From Gemmatimonadales bacterium (lineage in GTDB: Bacteria; Gemmatimonadota; Gemmatimonadetes; Gemmatimonadales; JACORV01): a stretch of DNA of 64,000 nucleotides. The position numbers were made by a program, and so were the translations under genes. This document shows, one piece after another, positions 50,416-59,811 of the stretch. Within the stretch, counting starts at the first letter, position 1, and each line of letters opens with the position of its first letter. The notes beneath the pieces are model-generated. The model was given only the letters and a program-made list of their open reading frames with translations. It searched no databases and was not told the DNA's origin. The stretch is taken from contig JBEKVZ010000002.1 of assembly GCA_049513575.1 (NCBI GenBank), forward strand, positions 462,186 to 526,185, written 5' to 3'.

Positions 50416-50623
50416 ATCAGCTGGCAGGCGGCAGAAGAGCGGTTGTCAGAACAGTTGCCAGACGGCAAGGAGGAAGTGGTTACCAGACGTCTGCATTCGG
50501 GGGCCAGCCCAGTTGTCAGTACTGTCAACTGGTCTGGCCCCCGATGTCTGGCAACTGAAAACCACTTCAGTACTTGCCGTCTGGCAACTTCCCCTATCTC
50601 CGATTCCTGCCACCTGACTCCTT
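50416..50623. repeat. Long imperfect palindrome (arms ~70 bp) between convergent tal-pgi and histidine kinase
   Basis: AGTTGCCAGACGGCAAG (50453-50469) is the exact reverse complement of 50573-50589; axis at AGT|ACT 50520/50521. Confidence 0.85.
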
Positions 50624-52519
50624 CTAGGCGACGGCGACGCTCGACTGGGGCCCCGTCAGGGGCAGCTCGATCCAGAAGGTGCTGCCGCGGCCCGGCGCCG
50701 AATCCACGCCGATCAGCCCTCCGTGCATCTCCACGAACCGGCGGCACAGCGCGAGCCCGAGCCCCGTTCCCTCGAAGCGCCGGCTGAGCGACGCGTCCAC
50801 CTGCGTGAACTCGGTGAAGAGACGCGGCAGGTCCTCGGCAGCGATGCCGATGCCGGAGTCCGTGACCGAGACCCAGACCGCGTCGCGCTCGACCCGCCGC
50901 CCGCCGGGGACCGGCAGCGGCGTGCGGCGCTGGCCCGCGCGCACCGTGATCTTGCCTCCCGCGGCCGTGAACTTCACGGCGTTGGAGAGCAGGTTGTAGA
51001 GGATCTGCCGCACCCGCATCTCGTCCGCGGTCAGCAGAAGCGCGTCGTCGCCGAGGTCCATGACGATCGCGTGGCCCTTGGCCTGGATCAGGCTCTCCAT
51101 GCCGGTGATCACGTCCCCGATGATCGCCCGCACGTCCGACTGCGTGAGGTGCAGCTCCATCCGCCCGGCCTCGACCTTCGACAGGTCCAGCACGTCGTTC
51201 ACGAGGCCGAGGAGGTGGCGGCCGTTGCGCGAGACGGTCTCGAGCGCTTCCCGCTGCTGGTCGGGGAGGGGACCGAGCGCGCCGATCAGGAGCATTTCGG
51301 AGAACCCGATGACGGAGTTGAGCGGCGTGCGCAGCTCGTGGGACATGTTGGCGAGGAACTGTGCCTTCATCCGGTTCGCGCGCTCGAGCTCCGAGATCTT
51401 GAGCGCCAGCTCGCGGCTCGTCTCCTCCGTGGAGCGGTACAGACGGGCGTTGGACACCGCGATGGCCAGCTCGCCGGCCACCTCCTGCACCAGGCCGACC
51501 TCCTCCCGCTGCCAGGGCCGGGCCAGCCCGACCTGGTGGAACGCGACGACGCCGATCGCCTCGCCCCTGAGGACGATCGGCGTCGCCAGCACCGCCAGCG
51601 GCTGCTCGGCGTCGGCGCCTTTCGGGTCGAGCCCTGGGAAGTGCCGCGCATCGGAGGTGTCGATCGTCCGGCGCTCGCGCATCGCGCTCACGAGGGCGGG
51701 CAGGGTGTAGTCGGGGCGCGCACCGCTGGAGGCAACCTCCGGCGCGTGCCACTCGCTGGAGGCGGGGAGCAGCTCGTTGCCGCGTCGCAGCCGCACGAAG
51801 CAGCGCGAGGCCCGAAGCGCCGTGCCCAGCTCGCGCACCGCGGCGTCCAGGATCGTCTGGAGGTCCAAGGACTGGCGGATGCGGCTGTTGACGGCGTTCA
51901 ACAGCTCGGCGCGGCGCTCGCGCTCGGCCAGCTCGCTCACTGCGCGGATGCTCTCGAGCACCAGGCCGGTGTGGTCGGCCAGCTCGCGCAGCAGCTCGAC
52001 GTCGCGCTCCTCGAATGGCCGGTCGTCCTTCGGGTTGTCCACGCCGAGGGTGCCGACGCAGCGGCCGCGCACGAACAGCGGCAGCGTGACGGCACGGCGC
52101 AGCTCGATCTTCTCGTGCAGGGATCGGAAGTGGCGCTCGTCGGACCCGGGATCGTTCAGCACCAGCGCCTGCCCGTGCTGCACGACCCAGCCGGACATCG
52201 TCGTGTCGATCGCGACGGCCGAGCCCACCAGCGGCTCGAGCGGGCCGGTGGCGGCCTCGAGCATCAGCGCCTTCTCGTCCTGATCCAGGAGCGAAACGCG
52301 AGCGGTGTCGGAATGGAGGAACCGCGCCGCCGCCTCGGCGACCAGTCGCAGGACCCCGCGTCGGTTGCGCTCGCTGAGGAGCACGCGGCTGATCTGGTTC
52401 AGCGCTTCGAGGTAGGCGACACTCCGCTCCAGCTGCGCGCGGGCGACCGACGCCCGCCAGAGCAGGAAGACCGCCAGCGCCAGCGCGACGGCGAGCAGGG
52501 CCAGCGGGGCAGCGGCCAG
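50624..52519 (-). CDS. Histidine kinase TM-GAF-GAF-HisKA-HATPase; start uncertain (CTG 52519 vs GTG 52384)
   Basis: FLANMSHELRTPL, NLLSNAVKF, DSGIGI, GTGLGL; two GAF-like segments; an in-frame TM helix upstream of the GTG. Confidence 0.85.
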   Translation of the reverse strand: MAAAPLALLAVALALAVFLLWRASVARAQLERSVAYLEALNQISRVLLSERNRRGVLRLVAEAAARFLHSDTARVSLLDQDEKALMLEAATGPLEPLVGSAVAIDTTMSGWVVQHGQALVLNDPGSDERHFRSLHEKIELRRAVTLPLFVRGRCVGTLGVDNPKDDRPFEERDVELLRELADHTGLVLESIRAVSELAERERRAELLNAVNSRIRQSLDLQTILDAAVRELGTALRASRCFVRLRRGNELLPASSEWHAPEVASSGARPDYTLPALVSAMRERRTIDTSDARHFPGLDPKGADAEQPLAVLATPIVLRGEAIGVVAFHQVGLARPWQREEVGLVQEVAGELAIAVSNARLYRSTEETSRELALKISELERANRMKAQFLANMSHELRTPLNSVIGFSEMLLIGALGPLPDQQREALETVSRNGRHLLGLVNDVLDLSKVEAGRMELHLTQSDVRAIIGDVITGMESLIQAKGHAIVMDLGDDALLLTADEMRVRQILYNLLSNAVKFTAAGGKITVRAGQRRTPLPVPGGRRVERDAVWVSVTDSGIGIAAEDLPRLFTEFTQVDASLSRRFEGTGLGLALCRRFVEMHGGLIGVDSAPGRGSTFWIELPLTGPQSSVAVA

Positions 52520-53575
52520 CTAGCCGACCTGCATCGAGGTCACCAGCGCGGCGAACGGCTCGACCAGAGCGGGGTCGAACTGCGTCCCTGCGCCCTTCCG
52601 GATCTCCGCGATCGCCTCCTGCGTGCTGCGGCGTGCGCGGTAGGGCCGCTCGGTGGTGATCGCGTCGAACGCGTTGCAGATGGCGAAGATCCGCGCCCCG
52701 AGCGGGATCTGCTCGCCTTCGAGGAAGTCGGGGTAACCCCGGCCGTCCCAGCGCTCGTGGTAATGCCGCACGATCTCGAGCGCGCGCCCGAGGCCCGGCA
52801 CGTTGCGGAGGATGTCGGCCGCGATTCCCGGCTGCCGCTCGAACAGCGCCCGCTCCTCCTTCGTCAGCGGCCCGGCCTTCCGCAGCAGCCCCTCGGGCAG
52901 CATCAGCTTGCCGATGTCGTGCAGGAGGAAGCCGCGGAACACGTTCGGATCGGCCGCGAGATCGGGGGCGATGCGCTCGCAGAAGAGCTGCGCGAGCCGC
53001 GCGGGCCGCTCCGCCTCGATCGGATCGCTCCCCTCCCGGCCCGCGAGCGCGAGGGTGAGCGCGGAGACCGTCCCGGTGTACGCGTTTTCGAGCTGCGCCA
53101 GCGCGGCGTTGAGCGCCGTCACCTTGTCCTGCAGCTTCGCCGCGAGTCGGTCGGCGTACGCGGCCGCGAACGTCTCCTTGAGGTGGGACCGCGGCTGCAG
53201 CTTCGGCCGGAGCATGCCCACGGCCTTCGCCACCGCGTCGAGCAGCTCCTGCGGCTCCATCGGCTTGGTGAGGTACGCCGCGGCCCCGAGCGAGATGCCG
53301 AACTCCCGGTCGGCCGGGTCGGTGTAGTCACCCGTGTAGAAGATGATCGGGATGTGGGCGAGGCTCTCGTCGGTCTTGATCGCCCGGCAGAGCTGGAAGC
53401 CGTCGAGGCGCGGCATCAGCACGTCGGTCACGATGAAGTCGGGGCGGTCCTTGCGCACCAGCTCGAGCGCGGCCTGGCCGTCCCCGGCGACGGCGACCTC
53501 GTACCCGGCGCTCTGAAAGATCGCCTTCAGGGTCCGCACGCCGTACGCCACATCGTCCACGACCAGTGCCTTCAT
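52520..53575 (-). CDS. Response regulator REC + HD-GYP domain (degenerate metal ligands)
   Basis: LVVDD..VTDVLMP..TKP; LLHDIGK, HERWDGRGYP, RPY; ATG at 53575 with SD GGAG. Confidence 0.9.
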   Translation of the reverse strand: MKALVVDDVAYGVRTLKAIFQSAGYEVAVAGDGQAALELVRKDRPDFIVTDVLMPRLDGFQLCRAIKTDESLAHIPIIFYTGDYTDPADREFGISLGAAAYLTKPMEPQELLDAVAKAVGMLRPKLQPRSHLKETFAAAYADRLAAKLQDKVTALNAALAQLENAYTGTVSALTLALAGREGSDPIEAERPARLAQLFCERIAPDLAADPNVFRGFLLHDIGKLMLPEGLLRKAGPLTKEERALFERQPGIAADILRNVPGLGRALEIVRHYHERWDGRGYPDFLEGEQIPLGARIFAICNAFDAITTERPYRARRSTQEAIAEIRKGAGTQFDPALVEPFAALVTSMQVG

Positions 53576-53649
53576 GTGCCGCTCCGCGAATGCCCGGAGT
53601 GAAGTTACGTGCCCTGTTCGGGGCGGCAAGCGGGCCGTAGCTTCGTGCC

Positions 53650-56376
53650 ATGCCCGTCACGGTGCACGTCGTCGCCCACACGCACTGGGACCGCGAGTGG
53701 TATCATCCTGCCGCGCGGTTCGGCCTGCGCTTGGTACGGCTCGTGGACGACCTGCTCGACTTCCTCCCGCGCCACCCCGACTTCCGGAGCTTCCTCCTCG
53801 ACGGCCAGGCCATCGTCCTCGACGACTACCTGGCGGCGCGGCCCGAGCAGGAGGAGCGCCTGCGCCGGCTCTTCAGCGACGGGCGCCTCGAGGCGGGTCC
53901 CTGGTACGTCCTGGCCGACGAGTTCCTGGTCTCGGCGGAGTCGCTGGTGCGCAACCTCCTCGCCGGTCAGCGGACCGTGCGGCGTCTCGGCGGGAAACCG
54001 ATGGCCGTCGGGTATTCGCCCGACGCGTTCGGCCACCCCGCGGCGCTGCCCACGCTGTTCCGGGGGTTCGGGCTCGAGGCGGCGGTCCTGTGGCGCGGGT
54101 TCGGGGGCGAGCGCGGGCAGGAGGGCGATCTCCACCGGTGGCGCTCGGCGGACGGGTCGGAGGTGCTGATGATCCACCTTCCGCCGCCCGGCTACGAGAA
54201 CGGGAAGAGCCTCCCGCGCGAGCCGCAGGCGCTGGCGGCGGCGTGGGAGAAGCTGCGCGCGGACCTCGAGCCGCGCGCCCGCTCGCCACACTGGCTCGTG
54301 ATGGCGGGCGCAGACCACCACGCGGCGCAGCACGACCTGCCGGAGATCGTCGCGGCCCTCAACACGCTCGTGCCGCGGATGCGATTCGCCATCGGCGCGC
54401 TCGAGGACTACGCCGCCGCCGTCCTGCGCCTGGCCCGGGAGCACGGGGACAGGCTGCCGGTCGTCACCGGCGAGCTGCGGCACGGCCACCGCCACGCCTG
54501 GGCGCTGCAGGGGACGCACGGCTCGCGGGTGTACCTCAAACAGGCGAACACGGAATGCCAGCGGCTGCTGGAGCGCTTCGCCGAGCCGCTCGCGGCGCTC
54601 GCCGTGGCGCGCGGCCGGAGCGACCGGAGCGGTGTCTCGCGGGGCGCGGGTGGCGTTGCGGGCGGCGCGCAGGATCGCTCCGGTGGAGCGGTCAATCCCG
54701 ATCGGCGCGCCGAGCTGGCGGCGGCATGGCGCGTGCTGCTGGAGAACCACCCGCACGACAGCATCTGCGGCACGAGCGCCGACCCGGTTCACCGGGAGAT
54801 GACCACGCGGTTCGAGCGCTGCCGCCAGCAGGCCGACGAGATCATCGCGCACGCCGTCGAGGACGTGGTGGGGCACGAGCGGCCGCGGGCGCGCGCCGCG
54901 GGCCGGGCGGCGTGGCGGCCGGCGCTCCTCGTCTTCAATCCGTCGCCGGCGTCGCGCAGTGCGGTGGTCGAGGCCGAGGTGGCGCTGTTCCGTGGCGATG
55001 TCTCGGTTGGGCAGCAGCGTGTGCGCCCCGCTCCACTCGTCACGCCGGGCCCATTCCACCTGGTCGGCTCGGGTGGGCACGAAGTGGGGTTCCAGGAGCT
55101 GGAGACGCGCGACGGGCACGACCTGGTCGAGAGCCCGGTGCACTACCCGCTCTCCTCGGCCGTCGAGTGGCGTCGGATCGCGCTGCTCGCGCGCGACCTG
55201 CCTCCGCTCGGCGTGGCGGCGCTCGAAGTCGTGGACGGCGCCGGGCGCTCCGAGGCGTCCCGCGGCCCGACGGTGAGTGCCGAGGGCAACGTGCTCCGGA
55301 ACGAGCAGCTGCTCGTGCGGGTCGAGGAAGAGGGCACGCTGGAGGTCATCGACCTGGCGTCGGGGGAGCATTACCACGGCCTGGGGGAGCTCTGGGACAA
55401 CGGCGACGCCGGGGACAGCTACACCTACTCCGCGCCGCGCCGGGACCGCGTGGTGCGCGTTCCCGACGCCGTGGCGGCGCGCGTGGTGCACGCGGGGCCG
55501 CTCCGCGCCGTGCTCGAGATCGCGCGGCGCTACGACGCGTCGGCGCTCGAGACCACGACGCGGGTGACGCTGGATGCGGGCGCCGGGTTCGTGCAGCTCG
55601 AGGTGGAGGGTGAGAACCGGCGGAAAGATCACCGCCTGCGCGTCGCCTTCCCGCTGGGCGCGAAACCGGTCCGCGAGGTCGCGGACGGTCATTTCGGGCC
55701 GGTGGAGCGGACCCCTGGCTCCGGATCCCGGAATCCGGCGGGCATCGAGCAGCCCGCGCCCACGGCGCCGATGCTGCGCTGCGTGACCGCGGCGAACGGG
55801 GGGCGCGGCCTGACGGTGCTGACCGACGGCCTGCCGGAATACGAGCTCCGGGCCGACGGCACGCTGCTGGTCACGCTGTTTCGCGCGTTCGGCCAGATGT
55901 CACGCGAGGACATGCCCGAGCGACTGGGGCACGCCGGGTGGCCGACGCCCACGCCCGACGCGCAGTGTCTTGGGCCGTTCCGCGCGCGTTTCGGCGTCTT
56001 CCCCTGCGCGGAGCGGGATCTCGACGATCGCGAGCGGATCGAGCGGACGGCGGAGCGCTTCCACTGCCGGCCGCTGGCGCTGATGCGGCGGTCGCTCCTG
56101 GAGATACCGGAGCCGGTGGCCGGGCCCGCGCTGGTCGGCGAGGGACTCGTGTTCTCTGCCATGAAGCCGCCGGAGTCGGAGAAGGGCGTCGTGCTGCGCT
56201 GCTACAACGCGCTGGCTCGAGCGGTCGCCGGCGAGTGGCGCGTGCCGTGGCCGGTCACGTCGGCCGAGCTGACGCGGCTGGACGAGACGCCGCTCGCGTC
56301 GCTCGAGATCTCCGCTGCGGGCACGATCCGCTTCGACGCGCCGCCGCGCGCTGTGGTGACGGTGCTGCTGCGCTAG
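53650..56376 (+). CDS. Glycoside hydrolase family 38 (alpha-mannosidase/MngB-like)
   Basis: HTHWDREW, LDGQ, AGPWY, DAFGH, NHPHDSICG. Confidence 0.9.
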   Translation: MPVTVHVVAHTHWDREWYHPAARFGLRLVRLVDDLLDFLPRHPDFRSFLLDGQAIVLDDYLAARPEQEERLRRLFSDGRLEAGPWYVLADEFLVSAESLVRNLLAGQRTVRRLGGKPMAVGYSPDAFGHPAALPTLFRGFGLEAAVLWRGFGGERGQEGDLHRWRSADGSEVLMIHLPPPGYENGKSLPREPQALAAAWEKLRADLEPRARSPHWLVMAGADHHAAQHDLPEIVAALNTLVPRMRFAIGALEDYAAAVLRLAREHGDRLPVVTGELRHGHRHAWALQGTHGSRVYLKQANTECQRLLERFAEPLAALAVARGRSDRSGVSRGAGGVAGGAQDRSGGAVNPDRRAELAAAWRVLLENHPHDSICGTSADPVHREMTTRFERCRQQADEIIAHAVEDVVGHERPRARAAGRAAWRPALLVFNPSPASRSAVVEAEVALFRGDVSVGQQRVRPAPLVTPGPFHLVGSGGHEVGFQELETRDGHDLVESPVHYPLSSAVEWRRIALLARDLPPLGVAALEVVDGAGRSEASRGPTVSAEGNVLRNEQLLVRVEEEGTLEVIDLASGEHYHGLGELWDNGDAGDSYTYSAPRRDRVVRVPDAVAARVVHAGPLRAVLEIARRYDASALETTTRVTLDAGAGFVQLEVEGENRRKDHRLRVAFPLGAKPVREVADGHFGPVERTPGSGSRNPAGIEQPAPTAPMLRCVTAANGGRGLTVLTDGLPEYELRADGTLLVTLFRAFGQMSREDMPERLGHAGWPTPTPDAQCLGPFRARFGVFPCAERDLDDRERIERTAERFHCRPLALMRRSLLEIPEPVAGPALVGEGLVFSAMKPPESEKGVVLRCYNALARAVAGEWRVPWPVTSAELTRLDETPLASLEISAAGTIRFDAPPRAVVTVLLR

Positions 56377-57243
56377 CTAGCCCGCGACCTCCGCCGCGAT
56401 CGCGCTCTCGAGCGCGTCGGCGAGGAGACTGAAGCCGAGGACGACCAGCGCGACGGCGAGCGAGGGCGCGAGCGCCACCCACGGCGCGATCATCAACGCG
56501 TCCCGCCCCGAGGCGATCATGTTCCCCCACGACGGCGTCGGCGGCTGCACGCCCAGGCCGAGGAACGAGAGGCCGGCCTCGAGCATGATCGCGCTGCCGA
56601 CGCCGAGCGCGGCGGCCACCAGGGCCGGCGTCAGCGCGTTCGGGAGCACGTGGCGCACGAGCACGCGCCGCGGCCTGAGGCCCAGGGCGTGCGCGGCCTC
56701 GACGAACGGCCGGCTCCTGGCCGCACGCACCTCGCTCCGCACCAGCCGCGCGACGGTCATCCAGCCCGTGACGCCCAGCGCCACGACCGTCATCACCGCT
56801 CCCGGCTCGACCAGCGCGACCAGGAGCAGGAGGAACGGCACCCGCGGGATCGCCAGCGCGGCGTCGGTCACTGCGACGATCGCGCGGTCCGAGGCGCCCC
56901 CGGCGTAGCCGGCCACCGCCCCCACCGCGATGCCCGCCAGCGTGGAGGCCAGGGCCGCGAGCACCCCGACGGCGAGCGAGATGCGGGCCCCCAGCAGCAG
57001 GCGGGCGAGGACGTCGCGCCCGAAGCGATCGGTGCCGAGCAGGTGGAGGACGCCGTCGGGCGTGCGGGCGAGGGGGGCCATGAAGCGGCGGGCGACCACG
57101 TCGGCCAGCTCGATGGGCGCGCGTCCCAGAAGGAGCGGCCCGGCGATCGCCCCCAGGACGAAGACGCCGACGAGGGCGCCGCCGATGCGCGAGCGGCGAT
57201 CGCGCCAGACGCGGCCGAGGAGACCGGGACGCGCGCCGCTCAT
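56377..57243 (-). CDS. ABC transporter permease DppC/OppC-like
   Basis: LGTDRFGRD, EAAHALG..RHVLPNA, GLSFLGLGVQPPTPSWG. Confidence 0.92.
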   Translation of the reverse strand: MSGARPGLLGRVWRDRRSRIGGALVGVFVLGAIAGPLLLGRAPIELADVVARRFMAPLARTPDGVLHLLGTDRFGRDVLARLLLGARISLAVGVLAALASTLAGIAVGAVAGYAGGASDRAIVAVTDAALAIPRVPFLLLLVALVEPGAVMTVVALGVTGWMTVARLVRSEVRAARSRPFVEAAHALGLRPRRVLVRHVLPNALTPALVAAALGVGSAIMLEAGLSFLGLGVQPPTPSWGNMIASGRDALMIAPWVALAPSLAVALVVLGFSLLADALESAIAAEVAG

Positions 57244-58232
57244 GCGCCACTCTCCGCGCGCGGGTCGGCGAGCGAGGCGAGCAGATCCGCGAGCAGGTTG
57301 CCCGCGATCACCAGGACCGCGAAGACGGCGGTGGACGCCATGACCACCGGATAGTCCCGCGCCAGGACCGCCTGCACGGTCACCCTCCCCATCCCGGGCC
57401 AGCCGAAGATCGTCTCGACGAACACGACCCCGGAGAAGAGCGCGGGCAGCTGGAGCCCCAGGAGCGTCAGCACCGGCACGAGCGCGTTGCGGAGCGCGTG
57501 CCTCAGGAGCACCCGCGCCTCGCCCAGTCCCTTCGCCCGTGCCGCCCGCACGAACGGTTGGCGCAGGGCGTCGAGCACGGCGCCCCGGACGAAGCGCGCC
57601 GTCCCCGCCGCGCCGACCATCGCCAGGGTCGCGACCGGGAGCACGAGGTGCCGGAGCGCGTCCACGAAGCGCGCCGACGGCGGGAGGAGATCGGCGCCGA
57701 CGCTCGCCGCGCCGAACGCCGGATACCGCAACCACGAGGGCCAGCGCCACAGCGCCCCCGCGTACGCGAAGACCAGGACCAGCCCCAGCGCGACGACGTA
57801 GGAGGGCAGGGCGTAGAGGAATGTCGTGACGCCTGTGAGGGCGGTGTCGAGCGCGGTGCGGCGCCGCGACGCCTGGAACGCGCCGATCAGGATCCCTGCG
57901 AGGTAGGTGAGGAGGAGCGACGTGCCGACGAGCACGAGCGTCGGCCCGAGGGCGTCCCCGAGCACGTGCGCGACCGGGCGCTGCTGCGCGATGCTCGTGC
58001 CCCAGTCGCCGGCGGCGAACCGCACCAGCCAGTCCGCGTACTGCTCCGCGAGCGGCCGGTCCAGCCCTTCGGCGTGCCGCGTCGCGGCGACGACGGCCTC
58101 GTCGGCCGAGGGCCCGAGGTAGAGGCGCACGGGATCGCCCGGCGCGAGGTGCAAGGCCGCGAAGGTCGCGGTCAGCACCAGGACGACCGTGAGCAGGGCC
58201 ACCAGCAGGCGGCGGAGCGGCACCGTCCTCAT
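57240..58232 (-). CDS. ABC transporter permease DppB/OppB-like
   Basis: APGDP, GDWGTS, ARAKGL..RHALRNA, ETIFGWPGMG, RDYP. Confidence 0.92.
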   Translation of the reverse strand: MRTVPLRRLLVALLTVVLVLTATFAALHLAPGDPVRLYLGPSADEAVVAATRHAEGLDRPLAEQYADWLVRFAAGDWGTSIAQQRPVAHVLGDALGPTLVLVGTSLLLTYLAGILIGAFQASRRRTALDTALTGVTTFLYALPSYVVALGLVLVFAYAGALWRWPSWLRYPAFGAASVGADLLPPSARFVDALRHLVLPVATLAMVGAAGTARFVRGAVLDALRQPFVRAARAKGLGEARVLLRHALRNALVPVLTLLGLQLPALFSGVVFVETIFGWPGMGRVTVQAVLARDYPVVMASTAVFAVLVIAGNLLADLLASLADPRAESGA

Positions 58233-58278
58233 TGCCGCCAATCTCGCGGCCGGCGCGCGAATTCTCTAGCTTCCGGCC

Positions 58279-59811
58279 GTGCGGTGCGGGTGGCTGATCT
58301 CAGTGGCGTTGGCCGGCTGTGCGCCGGCGGCGCCGCCGTCGTCCGTCTTCTTCGCGTCCGGCGCCGATCTCCAGTCCATCAATCCGCTCCTGACCAGCCA
58401 CCCGCTGGCCAAGCAGGTGGAGCGCTTCGCCCTGTTCATGACCCTCGCGCGCTACGACAGCGCGCTCCGGACGCAGCCCTATCTCGCCGAGCGCTGGAGG
58501 TGGTCCGCGGACCGCCGCGCGCTGGACCTCGCGCTCCGCCGCGACGTGCGCTGGCACGACGGGGCGCCGACCGGCGCCGCGGACGTCGTCTTCACGTTGA
58601 ACGCGGCGCGCGATCCGGCCACCGGCTACCCGCGCAATGCGGACCTGGCGTGCCTCACCGACGTGCGCGCGCTCGACCCGTTCACCGTGCGCCTCGTCTT
58701 CTGCCGTCCGCAACCGGCGTTTCCCGACGTGCTCGTGGAGTTGGCCGTGGTGCCCGCACACCTCCTGGCGGCCGTCCCCCACGCGGCCGTGAGGCGCGCG
58801 GCCTTCAACGAGCACCCGGTGGGCAACGGGCCGTATCGCTTCGTGTCGCACGCCCCCAACCAGCGATGGGTCTTCGAGTCCAATCGCGACTTCCCCACGG
58901 CGCTGGGCGGGCCGCCGGCGATCCGGAACCTCGTGATCGTCGTAGTGGACGAGGCAGCGACGAAGCTGGCCGGCCTCGTGGACGGCGAGCTGGACGTGGC
59001 GGGGATCGGACCGATGCACGCGAGCCTCGTGCGGCGCGACTCGGCGCTGGCGCTCGTGAGCTACCCGATCCTTCTCACCTACGGCCTGGTGTGGAACACG
59101 GCGCGCGCCCCGTTCGACGACCCGCGCCTGCGCCGCGCGCTGACGCTGGCCTTGAACCGCGAGCAGATGGTGGCGGCGTACCTGTACGGCTTCGGCGAGC
59201 TGGCCGACGGCCCGGTCCCGCCGTCCCACCCGCTCGCCGTGCCGGTCGAGCGAACGCCGTTCGACCGCGCGGCGGCGCGGGCCCTCCTCGACTCGCTGGG
59301 CTGGCGCACCGGCGCAGACGGCCTCCGGCGGCGCGGCGGCCGTACGCTGGCGTTCACCGTCCTGACGGTCGGCTCGTCGGACAACTCGCTGGAGCAGATG
59401 ATCCAGGCGGACCTGCGTGCGGCGGGTGCGGACGCGCGGATCCGCCAGCTCGAGCTGGGGGCGTTCCTGGCGGCGGCGCAGGGGCGCGCGCGGGATTATG
59501 ATGCCCTCGTGACGGGGATCTCGGGCGACCCGGCGCTGGGCTATCTCCGGAGCCTCTTCGACTCGCGCCGGCTCGCGGAGCCGCTGCAGTACGCGCGGTA
59601 CCGGAACCCCGCGGTAGACGCTGCGCTCGACGCGGGGGACTTCGCTTCCGTCCAGCGGATCGTTGCGCGCGACCTCCCGATCTCGTTTCTCTATCACGCG
59701 CGCGGCGTGCAGGGGATGAACCGGAGACTCAGAGGAGTCCGCATGGATCTCAGGGGCGAGCTGGCCACACTCCAGCGCTGGCACCTTTCGCCGGCGGGGA
59801 GCGCGCGGTGA
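58279..59811 (+). CDS. ABC transporter family-5 substrate-binding lipoprotein
   Basis: Lipobox LAGC; VRWHDG..DVVFT, PVGNGPY, PFDDPRLRRAL. Confidence 0.9.
   Translation: MRCGWLISVALAGCAPAAPPSSVFFASGADLQSINPLLTSHPLAKQVERFALFMTLARYDSALRTQPYLAERWRWSADRRALDLALRRDVRWHDGAPTGAADVVFTLNAARDPATGYPRNADLACLTDVRALDPFTVRLVFCRPQPAFPDVLVELAVVPAHLLAAVPHAAVRRAAFNEHPVGNGPYRFVSHAPNQRWVFESNRDFPTALGGPPAIRNLVIVVVDEAATKLAGLVDGELDVAGIGPMHASLVRRDSALALVSYPILLTYGLVWNTARAPFDDPRLRRALTLALNREQMVAAYLYGFGELADGPVPPSHPLAVPVERTPFDRAAARALLDSLGWRTGADGLRRRGGRTLAFTVLTVGSSDNSLEQMIQADLRAAGADARIRQLELGAFLAAAQGRARDYDALVTGISGDPALGYLRSLFDSRRLAEPLQYARYRNPAVDAALDAGDFASVQRIVARDLPISFLYHARGVQGMNRRLRGVRMDLRGELATLQRWHLSPAGSAR

Noticed and set aside
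52520-52522. Pyrrolysine recoding of the TAG
   Set aside because: No pyl genes in the window and TAG is the normal stop for many genes here (e.g. mvhA, hypF, fabH)
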